From NCBI RefSeq assembly GCF_016433145.1, contig NC_058130.1, positions 753,123,158 through 753,187,157 on the forward strand: a stretch of 64,000 nucleotides of DNA, in the 5' to 3' direction. The DNA comes from Gracilinanus agilis. Its lineage: Eukaryota. The position numbers and the translations under genes are program-made. The notes beneath the pieces are model-generated. The model was not told the origin of the DNA and did no database searches. It saw only the letters and a list, made by a program, of their open reading frames with translations. Positions 61,501-64,000 of the stretch are shown piece by piece (within the stretch, counting starts at the first letter, position 1; every line of letters starts with the position of its first letter).

Positions 61501-63105
61501 TAGGAAGATGGACAGGAAGGGTCTCTGAAATTACCAGTAACTTAATTCTTAATTCCAATAGATTTTTATCAGTCTTCCTCCTTTTTACAGTATTAGACAT
61601 TTGATAAGTTAGCAAGTAATAAAACATTTTAAAATTACTTACTGTATGCCAAGCACTATGCTAGGCCTTGGGGATGCTAATGTAAACAAGCAAGACACTG
61701 TCTCTCCTTTCAATTTTTGAATGAAAAAGACATATAAAAAGAGTCTGGAAAGGGGGCAGGTAGGTGATAGATTTGGAAATAGGCAGGAGAACCTCATTCA
61801 TCAGAGTCCTTGGATCCAGGCAAAAGGGATTGAGGAAGATAGACGGTCAGAGTGTAGGTGATATGGTCTGGAAATGACACTATCGGAGCATGTTTAGCCC
61901 ATACTTGTAGTCTCTGAATCAGCAAGGGCTTGTGACTTGGGATCTAGCAGCCTATTAGTCTTAATCTCTTCCAGCCAGGAGCTTACTAGTTATCGGGTGT
62001 CCCCACTAAGTTTGCCTTTGATAGGGTGAGCCCCTGGGAGCAGGGGCAGGTGAACCTGTGCAGGTCAGAGTGCCATCAGGCCCTTGTGTGGCCTTTACGC
62101 TTGCAGCCCTGGTGAGCTAGAAGGACCCAATCTAAAAAACCAAACTCTCCCTCCCATCCTCTATAGTCTTATTAAACTGGGATTATTCTCCCTCTGGTCA
62201 TCATGCCCCTCCTCCTTCTACCTCTTAGAACTACTGGCTTCCTTCAAGGCTCCCCTCAAGCTCCACTCCTCCAGGAAGTCTTTTGGATCCCGCTACTGTG
62301 GATCCACTGAAATGACTTGGTGTTTTCTTTGTATACATTTTGTATCTCTTATTTTTGTATTATTATTTGTATTATATTTGTATCCTTAAAGGTACTGTGT
62401 TCCCTCTTGATAGAATGCCATTTCCTTTTTGTCTTTGTTTCCCTGGTGCTCCTTCATCCAGCCCTCACTCAGCCCTTGTTGATGCCGTGATTAAAAACAG
62501 GGCCAACCTGCTGGTGACTTAGCACACTTGGGAGTCCCTGATGCCAGGTGCTCTCCGTGTAAGAAAAGAGGTGGTTGGCCCAGCCCTCCAGGAGCTTCTG
62601 CTCAGCCTTTGGTCCTTGTATACACAGACTCATATATTTCTATTACAAGTCAGGGGTGGTAGACCAAAGGGAGAGATGCAAATTCTGTAGGAAAATTCAG
62701 GAGGAAAAGGCTTCTTTTTCATGAGTGAGTCAGCCTCTGGTCCTGAGTCTTAAAGAGAAGAGAGCAAGGTCATGAGAGGCAGGGATGAAGGCCAGGCCAG
62801 TTTTTGTCTGCTGCATTGAAAGGAGAGTCCCAAGAATGCACTACACAAAGCTCAGGACAGAAGAGGGAAGTAAGTAGTGTGACCCAGACTGAGCATGCTG
62901 AGGAACTAGCGGGAGGGCACGAGTCAGGGAGGGAGGAGCAGATGAGGCTGACCTTGAAGAACTTCAAGAGATTTGAGTTCTCAGCAGTCTTTTAATTGAT
63001 GATCCATTGTCTTTACTTTCTGACAAGCTGTAAGGGTTATGTGACCTGTAAGTAAATAGTAAGCACAGTAATATAAAAGAAAAACTTTGCAAGATATCTT
63101 CAGAA

Positions 63106-63325
63106 GGGGGCAGCTGGGTGGCTCAGTAGATTGAGAGACAGGCCTAGGAATGGGAGGTCCTAGGTTCAAATCTGATCTCAGATACTTTCCAGCTGTGTGA
63201 CCCTGGGCAAGTCACTTGACCCCCATTGCCCAGCCCTTGCTACTTTTCTGCCTTGTAACCAATTCACAGTATCGATTCTAAGGTGGAGAGTAAGGGTTTA
63301 AAAAATAAATTAAAATTTAAAAAAA
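63106..63325 (+). mobile_element. SINE adjacent to / nested in an older SINE (63337-63490)
   Basis: TSD ATATCTTCAGA. Confidence 0.88.
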
Positions 63326-64000
63326 ATATCTTCAGAGCCAGGCTTGGAGCTAGGAGGTCCTGGGTTCAAATGTGGCTTTAGATGCTTCCTAAGAGACACT
63401 GGGCAAGTCACTTAACCCCAGTTGCCTAGGCTTTGCTACTCTTCTCTTAGAAGTGATACTTAGTATCAACTCTAGAAGGAAAGGATTTAAAAAATAACAA
63501 TGAAAGATATCTTCTAAACTGTCAAATCTCTTTTAGATAGTAAATTCCTTGAGAGCAGAGATTATTTTGTTTATTTGTATTTGTATCCCCAGCACTTAGC
63601 ACTGTTCCTGGTGCATAGTAATGGTAGAAGTGCTCTGTCTGCCCATCAAGGCTGATGAGTGCAGTGATCAACCTTGTCTCGGAGGGGCTCTCTGTGAAAC
63701 ATCTCTCTCCTCTTAAAAGAGCAGTGGGGAACTCTGAGCCCTGAATGAGCTATGCACCGTCACATCTGTCTGTTGTGTTGGCTTGTTTTGCCTTTGGTAA
63801 GTGATAGTGATGTAAAAAGAAAGAAAAGCATCAATAAAACTTGTTTTTAAAAGAAATCTTGCAGAAGGAAGCATTCTTGCTGGGGTTTTTTGTTTGTGTG
63901 GGACGATGCCTAGCACTTTTCACCCAAGTCTTTAATAAATGTTTATTGAGGAGGATCCTGGTCTCCTGAAATATTTTTTAAGAGGACTAGAGATTTCATT

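Noticed and set aside
1757-63490. Recurrent ~190-bp sequence with tRNA-like A/B boxes (possible tRNA genes or CRISPR-like array)
   Set aside because: Dispersed, both orientations, A-tails and TSDs: these are SINEs, not tRNA genes or a spacer array

Overview
This is vertebrate genomic DNA, not microbial. The dense SINE1_Mdo/MAR1-type SINEs indicate an opossum (Monodelphis-like marsupial). The window holds the KNTC1-RSRC2-ZCCHC8 locus. On the minus strand are the 5' part of KNTC1 (non-coding exon 1 plus 20 coding exons, 1713 nt = first 571 aa of the Rod/RZZ kinetochore protein), running off the left edge. On the plus strand is the complete RSRC2 gene (10 coding exons, ~424 aa), which shares a CpG-island bidirectional promoter with KNTC1 at ~30.1-30.7 kb. 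ZCCHC8 (NEXT exosome-targeting scaffold) starts on the plus strand at 56938; its first intron opens with a U12-type AT-AC donor (ATATCCTT) and I did not find exon 2 in the window. Introns carry many SINEs, L2/CR1/L1 fragments, solo LTRs and hAT/Tigger-type MITEs, and there are two N gaps. Gene identities and human comparisons come from my recall of the human proteins, not from a database search. I see no clearly new gene family. The most interesting unexplained structures are: (i) a set of six candidate stop-introducing splice events in TE-poor RSRC2 introns, (ii) a 620-bp SINE-spacer-SINE composite bounded by one 13-bp target-site duplication, (iii) a perfect 20-bp hairpin in RSRC2 intron 1, (iv) the ZCCHC8 minor intron, and (v) solo LTRs that could act as a premature poly(A) site or an upstream promoter.
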